Assembly (NCBI GenBank): GCA_951406725.2
Contig: OX597833.1
Location: 62,744,001-62,808,000, forward strand
Source of the DNA: Octopus vulgaris
Taxonomy: Eukaryota
Direction of reading: 5' to 3'
Length of the DNA stretch: 64,000 bases
Within the stretch, counting starts at the first letter, position 1. Every line of letters starts with the position of its first letter. The translations under genes were made by a program, and so were the position numbers. This document shows, piece after piece, positions 1 through 13,823 of the stretch. The notes below the pieces were generated by a model that saw only the letters and a program-made list of their open reading frames with translations, was not told the DNA's origin and did no database searches.

Positions 1-372
1 GTAAGTAGCTTGCTTGCCAACCACATTGTTCCGGGTTCAGTCCCACTGCGTGGCACCTTGGGCAAGTGTCTTCTGCTATAGCCTCGGGCCGACCAAAGCC
101 TTGTAAGTGGATTTGGTAGACGGAAACTGAAAGAAGCCCGTCGTATATATGCATATATATGTATGTGCGTGTATGTTTGTGTGTCTGTGTTTGTCTCCCT
201 AGCATTGCTTGACAACCGATGCTGGTGTGTTTATGTCCCCGTCACATAGCGGTTCGGCAAAAGAGACCAATAGAATAAGTACTGGGCTTACAAAGAATAA
301 GTCCCGAGGTCGAGTTACTCGATTAAAGGCGGTGCTCCAGCATGGCCGCAGTCAAATGACTGAAACAAGTAA
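1..372 (+). mobile_element. tRNA-derived SINE family A (CORE-like body, internal microsatellite), 5' end cut by window edge
   Basis: Near-identical to full copies at 20897 and 57881: B-box-like GGTTCAGTCC, CCTTGGGCAAG core, internal (TA)/(TG) tract, 3' GGTGCTCCAGCATGGCCGCAGTCAAATGACTGAAAC tail. Confidence 0.9.
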
Positions 373-587
373 AAAAATATGTGTGTGTGTGTCAGCGTTT
401 GACAATTGGCGTTGGTTTGCTTATGTCATCTGTAAGACACAGACGTTCGACAAAACAGAAAAAAGAAACGGGAGAGAGAGGGGATCGATAGTACTTGGAA
501 TCATATCTAATCGACTAAAAACCTGGGCAGTGAAACTAGCATGGCCGCAGTCCAATAACCGAAACAAGTAGAAGAATAAAAACAGAC

Positions 588-651
<64 letters not shown>

Positions 652-1211
652 AAAAAGTTGCAGACAATTTGGACGATGGTGAAAGAGATTGAATAGAGGA
701 CTTTGATAGATGAGTGTGACAGGAAATTTAACCCCCTACACACTTCTTTTTCCTCTTCGTCATTATCTTTTTGCTCCTCTTCTTCGCCTCGTTCTTCTTC
801 TTCTTCTTCTTCTTCTTCTTCTTCTTCTTCTTCTTCTTCTTCTTTTCTTTTCTTTTTCTTTTTCTTTTTCTCTTTCTTTTTCTCTTTCTCTTTCTCTTTC
901 TCTTTTTCTTTTTCTTTTTCTTCTTCTTCTTCTTTTCCTTCTTTTTCTTCTTCTTCTTCCTCTTCTTCTTTTCCTTCTTATCCTTCTTCTTTCTCGTTTC
1001 CCTCTTCCCCCCTCTCTTCGCCTCTTCTCTTCCACATCTTCTCTTCCTCATCTCCCCTCCTCCGCCTCTACCAGCCCCGCCCTCCTCTTCCTCCTCTTCT
1101 TGAAGATGATTCGTCGTCAATAGCAACGGCATCAGCAGAATTTACAACGCTGGCAAACAGCAGCAGCACACACCACCACCAACAACAACAACAACAACAG
1201 CAACAACAACA

Positions 1212-1262
<51 letters not shown>

Positions 1263-2146
1263 GCAGCAGCAGCGGGGTAGTGAGGTGGGACCACCACGGG
1301 GAGGTTAATCGTCCTGCTAAAGTTAGCAGCCAAATCTCCTTCGTATCACGCCTTACCCCTTCATAAAAGCAAAGGACACGTTGCATAATATACAATTCTA
1401 GTTGTACTAGTTCGGGGGATGGAGAATAAAACGTGGTGGTCACGGCTGGAGCGTCTATGAACACATGCATAGTGGATCAGTGCTAACCTTGGGCCAAATA
1501 ACAACAGCAAGTGGTATAATACGTAATATTGGTATTGGTGGCGGTGGTGGTGGTGGTGGTGATGTTGGAGGGGTGATGGTGATGGCGGTGGTGGTAGTAG
1601 TGGTGGTGGTGGTAGGTAATGATTATGGTGCTGGTGATGGTGGTGATGTTGGAGGGGGTGATGAAGGTGGCAATGGCAGTAGTGGTGGTCATGGTTGTGT
1701 TGGGGATGGTCGCGGTGAAGACGGTCGGTGGTTTGCTTTAAGCTGCCAACTTGGCTCTTGATCAAGCAAGAACAAAGTATGATCAAAGGCAATCCAACCG
1801 TGATCATCCATCCATCCACCCATCCATCAAGTGTATTTTTCTTCGAGACAGTCCGTAACCCGGGACAACGTTATCCGATGTTCCTTTCTTTCGTTTTTGC
1901 TGTTTTTGCAGATGACTTTAAAAAGGGGGGCAACGGGAAGATTTCGGCTGCTATTTCTAAAACAGGTCCACAAAGCGACCAACATAAAAGAAGGTGCTTT
2001 AATTGGCTCGTCTTGTTTAGCCCCGAGTCAGTCCTGTTTGAGGAGATGATCTTCGATCGAAGGCGGGAGGTGGAGAGAGAGGGGGATGGTGAAGCGCCGG
2101 TGGCGGCGGCGGTGGTGGTGGTGGTTGCGGGGGGTAGCATTTAAGA

Positions 2147-2178
2147 TAACTACTACTACTACTACTACTACTACTACA

Positions 2179-2270
<92 letters not shown>

Positions 2271-2290
2271 AGCTACTGCTGCTGCTGCTG

Positions 2291-2324
<34 letters not shown>

Positions 2325-2456
2325 GGCTGCTGCTGCTGCTGTGATCGATAAATAGTAAAAAGCTTCGGCAGTGACCGATAATGTTAGTAGGAAGAGGGAG
2401 AAGTAGGAGGAGGTACGGTTGTGCTGATAGTGGTACATTTGACGTTTATGATAGCG

Positions 2457-2490
<34 letters not shown>

Positions 2491-2525
2491 TAGTAGTAGT
2501 AGCGGTGGTGGTGGTAGTAGTAGTG

Positions 2526-2562
<37 letters not shown>

Positions 2563-2669
2563 CGGTGGTGGTGGTAGTAGTAGTGGTAGTAGTGGTAGTA
2601 GTAGTAGTAGTAGCAGTAGTAGTGGTAGTAGTAGTAGTAGTAGTAGTGGTAGTAGTAGTAGTAGTAGTG

Positions 2670-2700
<31 letters not shown>

Positions 2701-2720
2701 CGGTGGTGGTGGTAGTAGTA

Positions 2721-2771
<51 letters not shown>

Positions 2772-2822
2772 CTAGTAGTAGTAGTGGTGGTGGTGGTGGT
2801 GGTGGTGGTAGTAGTGGTGGTG

Positions 2823-2858
<36 letters not shown>

Positions 2859-2912
2859 GTACTAGTAGTAGTGGTGGTGGTGGTGGTGGTGGTGGTGGTA
2901 GTGGTGGTGGTG

Positions 2913-2957
<45 letters not shown>

Positions 2958-3005
2958 CTAGTAGTAGTGGTGGTGGTGGTGGTGGTAGTAGTGGTGGTGG
3001 TGGTG

Positions 3006-3046
<41 letters not shown>

Positions 3047-3068
3047 AGTAGTGGTAGTAGTAGTAGTA
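2147..3068. repeat. Compound trinucleotide microsatellite region (CTA)n(CTG)n ... (CAG)n(TAG/TGG)n
   Basis: Directly visible; source of the poly-Ser/Gly/Thr/Val ORFs. Confidence 0.95.
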
Positions 3069-3254
3069 ACCATTATGTAAAGAGATTCTGATGGTGTATC
3101 ATATACATGGAGTTTAATGTTATCCCTATACGTTTAATCTCCCCCCACACACACACACACCTCTCTCTCTCTTTATGTATCTCTGTGTGTTGCGGCCAAG
3201 CTGGGGCACCGCTTTGATGAATTTTAGTCAAACGAATTGACTTCTCATTTTTTT

Positions 3255-3663
3255 TCTCTTTTTACTTGTTTCAGTCATTTGACTGTGGCCATGCTGGAGC
3301 ACCGCCTTTTAGTCGAGCAACTCGACCCCCCGGGACTTATTCTTTTTGTAAGCCCAGTACTTATTCTATCGGTCTCTTTTGCCGAACCGCTATGTGACGG
3401 GGACATAAACATACCAGCATCGGTTGTCAAGCAATGCTAGGGGGACAAACACAGACACACAAACATACACGCACACACATATATATATATACATATATAC
3501 GACAGGCTTCTTTCAGTTTCCGTCTATCAAATCCACTCACAAGGCTTTGGTCGGCCCGAGGCTATAGTAGAAGATACTTGCCCAAGGTGCCACGCTGTGG
3601 GACTGAACCCAGAACCATGTAGTTCGTAAGCAAGCTACTTAACCACACAGCCACACCTGCGCC
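3255..3663 (-). mobile_element. SINE family A, full-length
   Basis: Reverse complement of the 20897-21304 copy over its whole length. Confidence 0.9.
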
Positions 3664-4290
3664 TTCAGTACTTTTCTTTTTATCTCTTATTATTGTTGTT
3701 GTTGTTGTTATTGTTATTATTATTATTATTATTATTGAGTGAGAGAGCAGTTCATGCCATCAAAGTGACACTGGGTTAAAATATACGAAGTCCAGTATAC
3801 CCATCATGACTACCCGTCTGATAAAGGTACACCAGGCACATGCATCACAACCATATGTGCGCGACATGGTGTTCTCATATCAAGATAAACAGCACATGGC
3901 CTTGCAGGTGGGGCCCAGTTAGAATTTTCTTCAGGTTGAGTAGCCCATCCCGCTCAAAAGGTCTCTGAATAAGGGTTGTTTAAGGATGTTGAAAGAAACA
4001 CCCATGTTTCCAGAGGTGAATTATTCAAACCCCAAAGAATCCCTCTCAACACATGGCTATGATGCTCCCCCACTACTTCTGCTCGTGATCAGAGATGCAT
4101 ATATCGTCAGCCACTAAGGGACATGCTCCACTGGTTAAGGTCAAACAACTGACAAGCAAATCTGTGGTATTCAGCAGAATATTTGCTGTAGCCCATCTTT
4201 TATACCAAGACAAAACAATGTACATGATAACACTTCCAATCAGTTAAGATCAGAAGCCATGAGAGCCACTGTCTGGTACTGCATCAGGGC

Positions 4291-4330
<40 letters not shown>

Positions 4331-5647
4331 TGTTTCGGTCATTAGACTGCGGCCATGCTGGGGCACCTTTACGAAGTATTTTTAGTCGAATGAACTGATC
4401 CCAGTACTTGCTAATTTAAAAAAAAAAAACTGGTACTCATTCTATCGGTCACCTTTGCCAGACCACTAAGTTACACGACCACACCGGTTGTCAAGCGGTG
4501 GCGGGTGGGGTGGGGGAGAAAGGGAGTCATCCTCCCCACCACTCTCACGACGGGCTTCTTTCAGTTTCCGTCCACCAGAGCCACTCGCAAGCTTCTGTTG
4601 GCTTAAGGCTATAGTAGAAGACACTTGCCCAAGGCGCCACGCAGTGGGACTGAACCCGGTACCATGTGCTTGGGAAGCAAACTTCTTGCCACACAGCCAC
4701 GCCTGCGCCTAATATATAATATATATGTTTTAATCTGGAACTTATCCTATCCAACTCTAATACCGAACGGCTAGCATACGGGGATGTAAACAAACCAAAA
4801 CCGGTTATCAAGCGGTGTGGGAGAGGGGGACAAACATACATGTACATATGCAAACGCGTAAACACATACATACACACACATATATACACACGTATGTGAC
4901 TGGTTTTTGACGGGCTTCATTCAGTTTCCGTCTACCAGATCCACTCGTAAGGATTTGATCGGTCCGAAGCTACACTAGGGAAACACTTGCACAAGTGGTC
5001 ACGCGGTGGGCCGAACCTGGAATCAAGTATTTATGAGGGTCAATAAATACTTTTCTGCATCAAGATCTTAATCAGATTGACGATTCGGACGCTTAACGAG
5101 CTTCAATACAGAAATTGTCTCAGGAAAAAGATATTCTCCTCATTGGTAATATGTGTGAAAATACATATTTGGATTATGAATCATGTCATCGGACCGTTGT
5201 AAGCATTTAGTTTCTGCGTCCTTGCCCTTCATAAGCTACACCGAATCTATCACTCATACCTCACTTTTTTTTAAATAAAAGGTGGGTGAATACAGCAAGG
5301 ATGGTCTGCATGAATGACGGACCCACTTTGAGCATGAACCTATAGAATAAAAATAGAAAGGGCGCTTTGCTCTCATGGTTTTTTTCCGAGGTTACCGTGG
5401 GTTTTTTTCGTAGGGTTTTCTTTCCACGGATAACCCTAGTCAGTGTTTTATTTCCCCCACTCTTTAAGGAATTTCAGTTTTTAAAATGCTACATTATTAA
5501 TTTTTGTGTACACGTCACAAAACGTCTTCGATCCCTATTGATCGGTTTTGAAAAAATCTACATTGTATTGTCTCCTCTGTGTTCGGCCCTTTGTGGCTTA
5601 ATAAAGAAATCTACCATTCACAGCTCACTGAGAAACAGTCGTGTGAA

Positions 5648-6020
5648 GGCACATGGTTTAGCGGTTAGGGTATTTGGATCATGCGGTGAGCTGGCAGAAT
5701 CGTTAGCACGCCGGGCGAAATGCTCAGCGATATTTCGTCTGCCCTTACGTTCTGAGTTCAAATTCCGCCGAGGTCGACTTTGCCTTTCATCCTTTCGGGG
5801 TCGATAAATTAAGTACCAGTTACGCACTGGGGTCGATGTAATCGACTTAATACCTATGTCTGTCCTTGTTTGTCCCCTCTGTGTTTAGCCCCTTGTGGGT
5901 AATAAAGAAATAGGTATTTGGATCACGATCGTAAGGTCGTCCGTTCGATTCCCGGCGGTGCGTTGTGTCCTTGAGCAAGATACTTTATTTCACGTTGCTC
6001 CAGTCCACTCAGCTGGCAAA
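5648..6020 (+). mobile_element. tRNA-derived SINE family C (host of a family-B insertion)
   Basis: A-box-like TGGTTTAGCGG, B-box-like GTTCGATTCC, body TGTGTCCTTGAGCAAGA..TTTCACGTTGCTCCAGTCCACTCAGCTGGCAAAAA. Also seen at ~17045-17135 (+), ~16230-16350 (-), ~37950-38110 (-), ~46817-46950 (+), ~60975-61080 (-). Confidence 0.75.
5682..5912 (+). mobile_element. SINE family B (~230 bp; GCCTTTCATCCTTTCGGGGTCGATAAATTAAGTACC core, resembling the Meta/MESC SINE domain)
   Basis: Flanked by 13-bp direct repeat GGTATTTGGATCA (5669-5681 and 5913-5925); GAGTTCAAATTC B-box-like motif; multiple copies in window. The domain name is from recall. Confidence 0.85.
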
Positions 6021-6291
6021 AAGGAACATTTACCTGTTTCCACATCTGAGTTAGCTGGTCTGTCACTCCGCCATTTCAGAGAGCCGACCTTATCGTCTCT
6101 CCACCTCTCTTTACCCATAGGACGTCCAACCTCTCTTTTCCCTGCTCTAACCACTATTCCCAATCTTTCCTCCCCAGAACATTGCCCGTCTGGAACCCCA
6201 CCCCGCCACCTCTGCTCATGTTGTTCCACCCCGAAACATCGCTCCTCTGGAATCCTGCCCCACCTTTTCTTATGTTATTCCAGCAGGTGAT

Positions 6292-6464
6292 GTCCTCCAT
6301 CAACTTCAAGACTCCTTTCCCCCTCCTCAATCCAGCTGCCCGCTTTTTCACTATTGATAAAGTTGGAGCGCCATCCCCTAATGTAGCAACCATGTCAGTG
6401 TGAATGTCGTTGGGAGATGAACCCTTTACCTGCAGGTAACACCATGATGTCAAATTTTGTCCAT
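6292..6464 (-). pseudogene. mariner transposase N-terminal (HTH) relic
   Basis: Translation LQVKGSSPNDIHTDMVATLGDGAPTLSIVKKRAAGLRRG resembles the mariner IHxxLxxxxGxxAPSxxTVxxWxxxFxxG HTH region; stop and frameshift near the start. Confidence 0.7.
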
Positions 6465-8212
6465 TTTCAAAAAAAAAATCGCTACGAGTCACTTCGACCT
6501 CGGCGGAATTTGAAGTCAGAACGTAAAGACGGGCGAGATACCGCTTTGGCCACCCAGAAAAGATTAAACTATAACATTGATACACGGCCATAAATCTGAG
6601 GTAGGAAGGATAAATTCATGCGACTCGACCCAGAATTGATTGGTACTTTATTTTATCAAACCAGCCCTTCCTTGGTACTTTATTTTGTTGTCTCAGATCG
6701 TTCAGGAGATCTTCGGAACTAGAGGGCTTTTTTGAAGACGGCACATACATCGCAACCAGGTCTAGGAAATTTTTTGTCGATGGGAAGGGCGGGGGTCACA
6801 AAATGAAATTTAAACATACATAAGATTAACATTTAATCCAGAAAGAGGTGGTTCAGCAGTAACTTAGTAACCTCCAATAAAATCCCTCTCAGAAAGTGAT
6901 GATATAGTTAGGCACAGCACCTTTCACTATAGCAAATATATAAATAGATAAGGCACATGCGTGGATGTGTGGGGAGAAGCTTGCTTCCCAACCACATGGT
7001 TCCGGGATCAGTCCCGTTGCATGTCATCTGAATTTCAACAGTCAGATCTCATTTTACCTGGAAAGAAACAATACAGTTATTAACAGAATGTTAAAACTAA
7101 TACATGCATGATGTCACAGCTCTAGTATCACTCCTTCATAGTCAGCTTATGAACTTTTCAGTCCACCCTTGTAAATGGAATAAATGGAACATTAACGGCA
7201 TCAGGTTGGTCTCGCAAAGGGCTTGCAAGGGTCATGAGCTCTGTCCCTTCCTCCAGACTCAGCAAGCATAAAACACATTGAGGCACCCTCGTTGTTTTGT
7301 TCCCCAATTCATGTCATACATGATATTATATAATATTACATGGCAAAATGTTCGCATCGCCATGATACTTTAATAAGGTTTTGTGTAGTGGATGGTTCAG
7401 GAAGTTACAACCATGACCGTCGTGTGTTCTGTGGCTGACAACATCTAGCAAGGGTCCTGTGTTCAGTGTTATGAATGATGCATTTTTCTTCTTTACTTTA
7501 ACGCCCGAGTGAATCCTATATGAAACCAAAATAACTCTCTCCACCACACCTTTCTCTCAACACACAATCTACAAACCAATACTTCCCTTTCAACTTCCTC
7601 TGCTTACATCACACAGAATTCTCATTCACATGATTCCATTTACTAAAAGAAGAAAGGAAAAGAAAAAGCAGTCAGCCAAAGGCGACACGAAACGAGAAAG
7701 AACCAAACTAAGCGGTAGTCTTATGAGGCTACCAAGCACAAACTTCGAAGTTGCACCCAACTTCTTCCTTATAAAAATTACTCACATCTACACACGCACG
7801 CACGTGCGCATGCGCACACACTCAGAGCCGGCCGTAGTTGCCACAAAGTGTTTTTCTACTTTCTCAGCAGACGAAGATGATTTTAGTCAATCATGATCCT
7901 ATCTTGAATGGAATTTAGGATACGTTTATATGTTCTTCCTATCAACATTCATGTCACTGGCCATTTTGAGTTATTTCTAGCATGACTACAGCCTCTGATG
8001 CTGCATTATTACTCACCACCAATTATCACTCACATGATGTTTCCTTCACCATCATTTCTAAGTTATGTTATCACTGCGCCTCTCTAATTCCTTCTGTGCA
8101 AAGCAGAGATTTGTTTCCCAACATACTTCTGTAATATACTGCATCTCTTCCTCACTCTTCTTTATTTCTGTCTGTCTCTCCCACCCCTCTCTCTCTATAT
8201 ATATATATATGT

Positions 8213-8298
<86 letters not shown>

Positions 8299-9283
8299 GT
8301 TTGGTCGATTGCATATCTCATTTCTTGAATGAAAGCTGGCTATCTACTCTCTCCCATTCTCTCTGTCACTTGCCTGTTTATCTATCTGCCTTCTCTCTTC
8401 CGCACCTCCTTCAGTGGAGCCACTGATTTCTCCTTCCAAATTTCTATAGCGTGACAGCAAGATGGAATAATAAAGGGGATACGTGACTTTGCTTAATATA
8501 TATGTGAGCCATAGGCGAAACAAATATATATTTTGTCGGATTCACGATTATGGATTAAATGTTTATTCATTCTCAGACTTGCCTTTGTGGTCTTTATTGT
8601 AAAGTGGTCGGACATAGCTTCTTTGAAAATCTCACCCCTGAAAGATACATGCATATATATTTTTACATATACACACACGCACACATACACACATATACAT
8701 ATGTATATCCATCAGTCAATCTAGCTATCTATCTGGATATATATATATATATATGCAAATCTATCTACAGGAATATATATATATATATATGTGTGTGTAA
8801 TGGCGGTGCCCCAGCATGGCCACAGCTTGTGAGCTGAAACTAAATAAAATAAATAAATAAAATAAAAATATATATATATGTGTGTGTGTGTGTGTGTACA
8901 TCACGTGTACATACGCATATGTGACTGTTTATACAAACAGAAGAAATAGACTGATGTGTGTAACGATGTATATGTGTATGTATGTAATGTAATGTATGTA
9001 TGTATGTATGTATGTATGTATGTATGTATGTATGTATGTATGTATGTATGTATGTATGTATGTATGTATGTATGTATGTATGTATGTATGTATGTATGTA
9101 TCTATCTATCTATCTCTCTCTATATATATATACATATTTATATACACACACACACACACACACATACACGCAGACGCACATCGATATGTTCATATGTATC
9201 TATGTATTTCTGAGGCAGACAGACAATCTCTGTCTGACAGATACATACATTAGTTACATACATAATTATTGTCCGACACACAT

Positions 9284-9352
<69 letters not shown>

Positions 9353-9359
9353 TATATAG

Positions 9360-9390
<31 letters not shown>

Positions 9391-9700
9391 AGTATACACA
9401 TATATATTTACATACATGCACATATATATATGTTCAAATATATATATATATATATATACATGTGTGTGTGTGTGTGTACATGCATACATACCTTCATTGG
9501 CAGATATAGACAGATATACAATAGATAGACTGACATGAATAAACAATGATAAAACAGATACTCAGACGATCACAGACAGACAAACAGAGGGAGAGCAAAA
9601 AGCATCCGCATATATACATATATATATATAAACGCATACACACAAGCACACACACACACACACACATACACACACACATACACACATATATATATATATA

Positions 9701-9928
9701 GATAAATGCAGACACGCAAGCACACACACACATACACACACACACACACACACATACACACACACATACACACATATATATATATAGATAAATGCAGACA
9801 CACAAGCACACACACATACACACACACACACACATACACACACACACACATATATATAGATAAATGCAGACACGCAAGCACACACATACACACACACATA
9901 TATATATATAGATAAATGCAGACACACA

Positions 9929-9979
<51 letters not shown>

Positions 9980-10012
9980 ACATATATATATATAGATAAA
10001 TGCAGACACACA

Positions 10013-10060
<48 letters not shown>

Positions 10061-10074
10061 AATGCAGACACGCA

Positions 10075-10113
<39 letters not shown>

Positions 10114-10166
10114 ACACATATATATATATATAAAAATGCAGACACACAAGCACACACACACACACA

Positions 10167-10224
<58 letters not shown>

Positions 10225-10250
10225 GATAAAGGCAGACACGCAAGCACACA
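9701..10250. repeat. Minisatellite: ~8 units of GATAAATGCAGACAC(G/A)CAAG separated by variable (CA)n(TA)n
   Basis: Core at ~9701, 9787, 9859, 9911, 9995, 10057, 10131, 10225. Confidence 0.9.
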
Positions 10251-11022
10251 CGATATGATCATGTTAGGAAGGACACAGCCCTTCTGCATGTGAAGTTATT
10301 TACGTGTGTTTATAGTAAACTATCGATCACATGTGCACCAACCGACTAGCTGCTGCTGCTGCTGCTACTACTACTACTACTGCTGCTGCTGCTGTTGCTG
10401 CCGCTGCATATAATATTGGCTGCAGGTGAATATCATAGCTTTCATTGCATCACTCGCAATTTCTGCAGTCCCCAACAAGAACTAAATATTTTAACAGTCA
10501 ATCAATGCATCTATCGATTTCTTTTCCTTTCAAATCTTTCCTTCTTTCTTTCTTTCTTTCTTTCTTCCATTCATTCATTCTTACTTTCGTTTTCTCTCTC
10601 ACTCTCTCTCTCTCTCTCACTCTCTCTCTCTCTCTCTCTCACTCCCTTCCTCTTCACCTTTTCCTTCTTTCTTTCTTTCATTCGGTGAGTGAAAAATGTT
10701 GCTAAATACAGTGAAACGCAAATTATTTTTCTGGGTCATGAAATTTACATATACCTCGCAGGGGGGAATATATGCAGTGTTCTATATATACGGCAGCGTT
10801 GAGTAGTATAGCGTACTGTAGAATATGTATGTGTGTATGTATGTATGTGTGTCTATTCATCTATGTATTTGTATGTATGCGTGAATGTATGTGTATATGT
10901 GTATGGATGTGAGCATGTATGTGTATATGTATGTATGTGTATATGTATATGTAATATGTATATGTAATATGTATATGCATGTGTGTATGTGTGCGTGCAT
11001 GTAGGCCTGTTCAGTATGTATA

Positions 11023-11058
<36 letters not shown>

Positions 11059-11674
11059 TGTATGTATGTAGATACACACACATATATATTCATGCATATA
11101 TATACATACAGATATGTGTAAATGTATGCGTCATGTGTATGTACCTACATCTATCTATATATCTATCTATCTATCTATCTTTATTTATTTATCTATCTAT
11201 CTAAATGCATGTATGTATGCGTATGTACATATGTATGTACCTACCTACCTACCTACCTACATACATACATACATACATACATACGTATGTATGTACATAC
11301 ATACGCATATCTTACATACAAACAACATAAATCTACCAGCTACTACTAAATTCAAACCAAGACGGGCGGATGGGACGTCCTGGATGCCGAAGACTTTAAA
11401 CTATCGGAGACAACACTTGAATATCACACGACGAAACACAACTAGACCTCGTTATGCAAACAAACAGGTGCATATTCAAATACCTGTGTTTTTGGAGAAC
11501 TACGTTGTGCGAAAACAATTGCAGTGATTTAAAAAATAACTGCCCAACCGTACTCCTTGATAACTCCAATTCCTTTAATTATGTGTGCGTGTGTGTATGT
11601 GTATGTATGTATGTATGTATGTATGTATGTATGTATGTATGTATACACACACACGAGTACAGGCTTGGATGGCA

Positions 11675-12200
11675 CTGCATCTTGTAGCCGTAATCTTCTG
11701 GTTAGGTGTGTTCTTCCTGGTTTTGTTAATTGCAGCTTCTCAAGTGTGATACCGAGGCTGTAAGTTACATAGCCCAGGGCTCCAATAAGTATTGATAGAA
11801 ATCTAAATTTATAGTCTGGATGGATTACCTACAGATTTCTCATCACTTCGGCGTAGATGTTCTGTTTTCCTCTAAGCCTTTAATATTAGGTAAACACCTA
11901 CTGGACAGCTGACTCCAACGACTGACAATAGTTTCTCATCTCTGTTCCCGATGACTATGTCTGGTTTGTTGTCCTTGGATTTTATTGAAGCCTTGACAGG
12001 GATATATATTGCTGCTATTCTTTCGAATCGTGTGTGGTCATGCTCTCCACGCCATTATCATATATTTATCTGCCCAGGATAATCATTTCTACTCATTTCA
12101 TTATTTAGTGTTCTCCTCATGTTTTGTACGTACGTAATACTGTGAAGACATTTTCGGGAAGTTGCTTATGATGTGGGTACATTGTCAATGTTGATCTCAC
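11675..12200 (-). mobile_element. Decayed RLE-type non-LTR retrotransposon (R4/Dong-like) C-terminal fragment
   Basis: Minus-strand translation segments in the expected order: HIISNFPKMSSQYYVRTKH (CCHC knuckle / Y..RH remnant, ~12120-12175), NKPDIVI..VVGVSCP (PD..D/E nuclease, ~11910-11970), LIGALGYVT (~11765-11789); frameshifted. Confidence 0.75.
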
Positions 12201-12684
12201 AGAGGTTGCATCAGTTGCTGTCTCAAAGCACAATAGTAGTCCGGTTTTCGAACAACTCTGATCACGAATAAATCGTGCTTTATATATATATATGTATATA
12301 TATAATCTCTTTTACTCTTTTACTTGTTTCAGTCATTTGACTGCTGCCATGCTTTAGTCGAGCAAATCGACCCCAGAATTTAGTCTTTGTAAGCATAGTA
12401 CTTATTCTATCGGTCTCATTTGCGGAACCGCTAAGTAACGGGGACGTAAACACACCAACATCGGTGTGAAGTGATGGTGGCGGTGGTAGCAAACACAGAC
12501 ACACAAATACATACGTACATTCACACATACACATACACACACACATGCACATATATATAAATAAATATAGGGATGGTATTATTAAAATACCATCACGAGT
12601 GGCAAGCGAATTATCAGCCGTACAGGCAAATTAATAAAATATATACGTACAATATTAGATATACACAAGGGTACTACATGAGTA

Positions 12685-12737
<53 letters not shown>

Positions 12738-12959
12738 GACGAGCTTCTTTTAGTGTCCGTCAATCAAATCCACTCACAAGGCTTTGGGCGGCCCGAGACT
12801 ATAGTAGAAGACAATTACCACGTAGTGGGAGCAAACCCCTAAACTATTTGGTTGGGAAGCAAGCTTCTTACACACAGCCACTCCTGTGCCTTGCACACAC
12901 ACACACATATACACACACATACACACACATATACACACACACACACATGTACACACACA

Positions 12960-13001
<42 letters not shown>

Positions 13002-13213
13002 CTCTCTCTCTCTCACACACACACATACACACACACACATGTTGGGCGCAGGCGTGGTTGTTCAGTCTCACTGCGTGGCTCCTTGGGCAAATGTCTTCTA
13101 CTTTAGCCCCAGGTCGATTAAAGCTTTGTTAGTGAAATTGGTTGACGGAAACTGAAAGAAGCTTGTCGTATATATATTTACATACACACACACACACACA
13201 CACACACATGGTA

Positions 13214-13823
13214 TGGGACGCTGAAAAGTTTTTTGCTTTAAGAGTGTCGCGAAAGGCCTGGCTGTAGGTCCAACTTTCCGAGTTCTTTTGCAGGGTTTAG
13301 AAAAACTGAAGGACCGCTGCAATAAGTGTGTGAATCTGAGAGGGGAATATCTATATATATAAAAGTGAAGTTGTGTGTCTGTCTCTTACGATTTAGATTC
13401 CTAACTACTCCCACATTTTGCGGTGCAGTTTAACCAAAACCGGGTATCTTATAGTCGTGATTCATATCGAGCCCTTCTGGGTATTAGCGCGCGTCTACGA
13501 TGAGTCTACGATTAAAAAAAAAAATTTACCATCGTTTTTTCCATTTTAATGCATTTTTTCGCTATTATATAAGGGAAGTAACTCTCTAAAAATGTCTACG
13601 ATGAGTGAACGATTTAAAAAAAAATTTACCATCATTTTTTTTCATTTTTCATTTTTTATTTTTTATTTTTTGGCTATAACTCTCTAAAAATGCTTATATA
13701 GTTATTTCCCTTACAAACCCGAGCAACGCCGGGCGATACTGCTAGTATTAAATAAAATTACAATTAATTGATCCTCCCGTATTTTCTTTTACTGTAAGCC
13801 AGGAACTTTTCCCCACCCCCTCG
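13214..13823 (+). mobile_element. Internally deleted mariner element (MITE-like)
   Basis: TA on both sides, degenerate TIRs (..GAAAAGTT..GCTT / AAGCCAGGAACTTTTC..CCTCG). Removing the Helitron restores GLEKLKDRCNKCVNLRGEYIK*, a mariner C-terminus. Confidence 0.75.
13350..13745 (+). mobile_element. Non-autonomous Helitron (396 bp)
   Basis: 5' TCTATATATATAAAA, subterminal hairpin CCCGAGCAACGCCGGG (13718-13733), 3' CTAG, inserted between A13349 and T13746 without TSD. Confidence 0.88.

Noticed and set aside
1728-2144. 138-aa ORF in seemingly unique DNA
   Set aside because: Overlaps pieces of an old dispersed repeat (GATTTGGCTGCTATTTCTA; TTTAGCCCC.GGTC..CCTGAT) also seen at ~1310-1340, 26420-26450 and 32855-33430
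703-3091. Long ORFs rich in Ser/Gly/Thr/Val/Lys
   Set aside because: Translations of (CTT)n, (CTA)n and (TAG/TGG)n tracts, open in several frames and on both strands
9701-10250. CRISPR-like constant repeat with variable spacers (also 15010-15690, 21797-21985, 24322-25262)
   Set aside because: Spacers are simple microsatellites of unequal length; no cas genes; eukaryotic context
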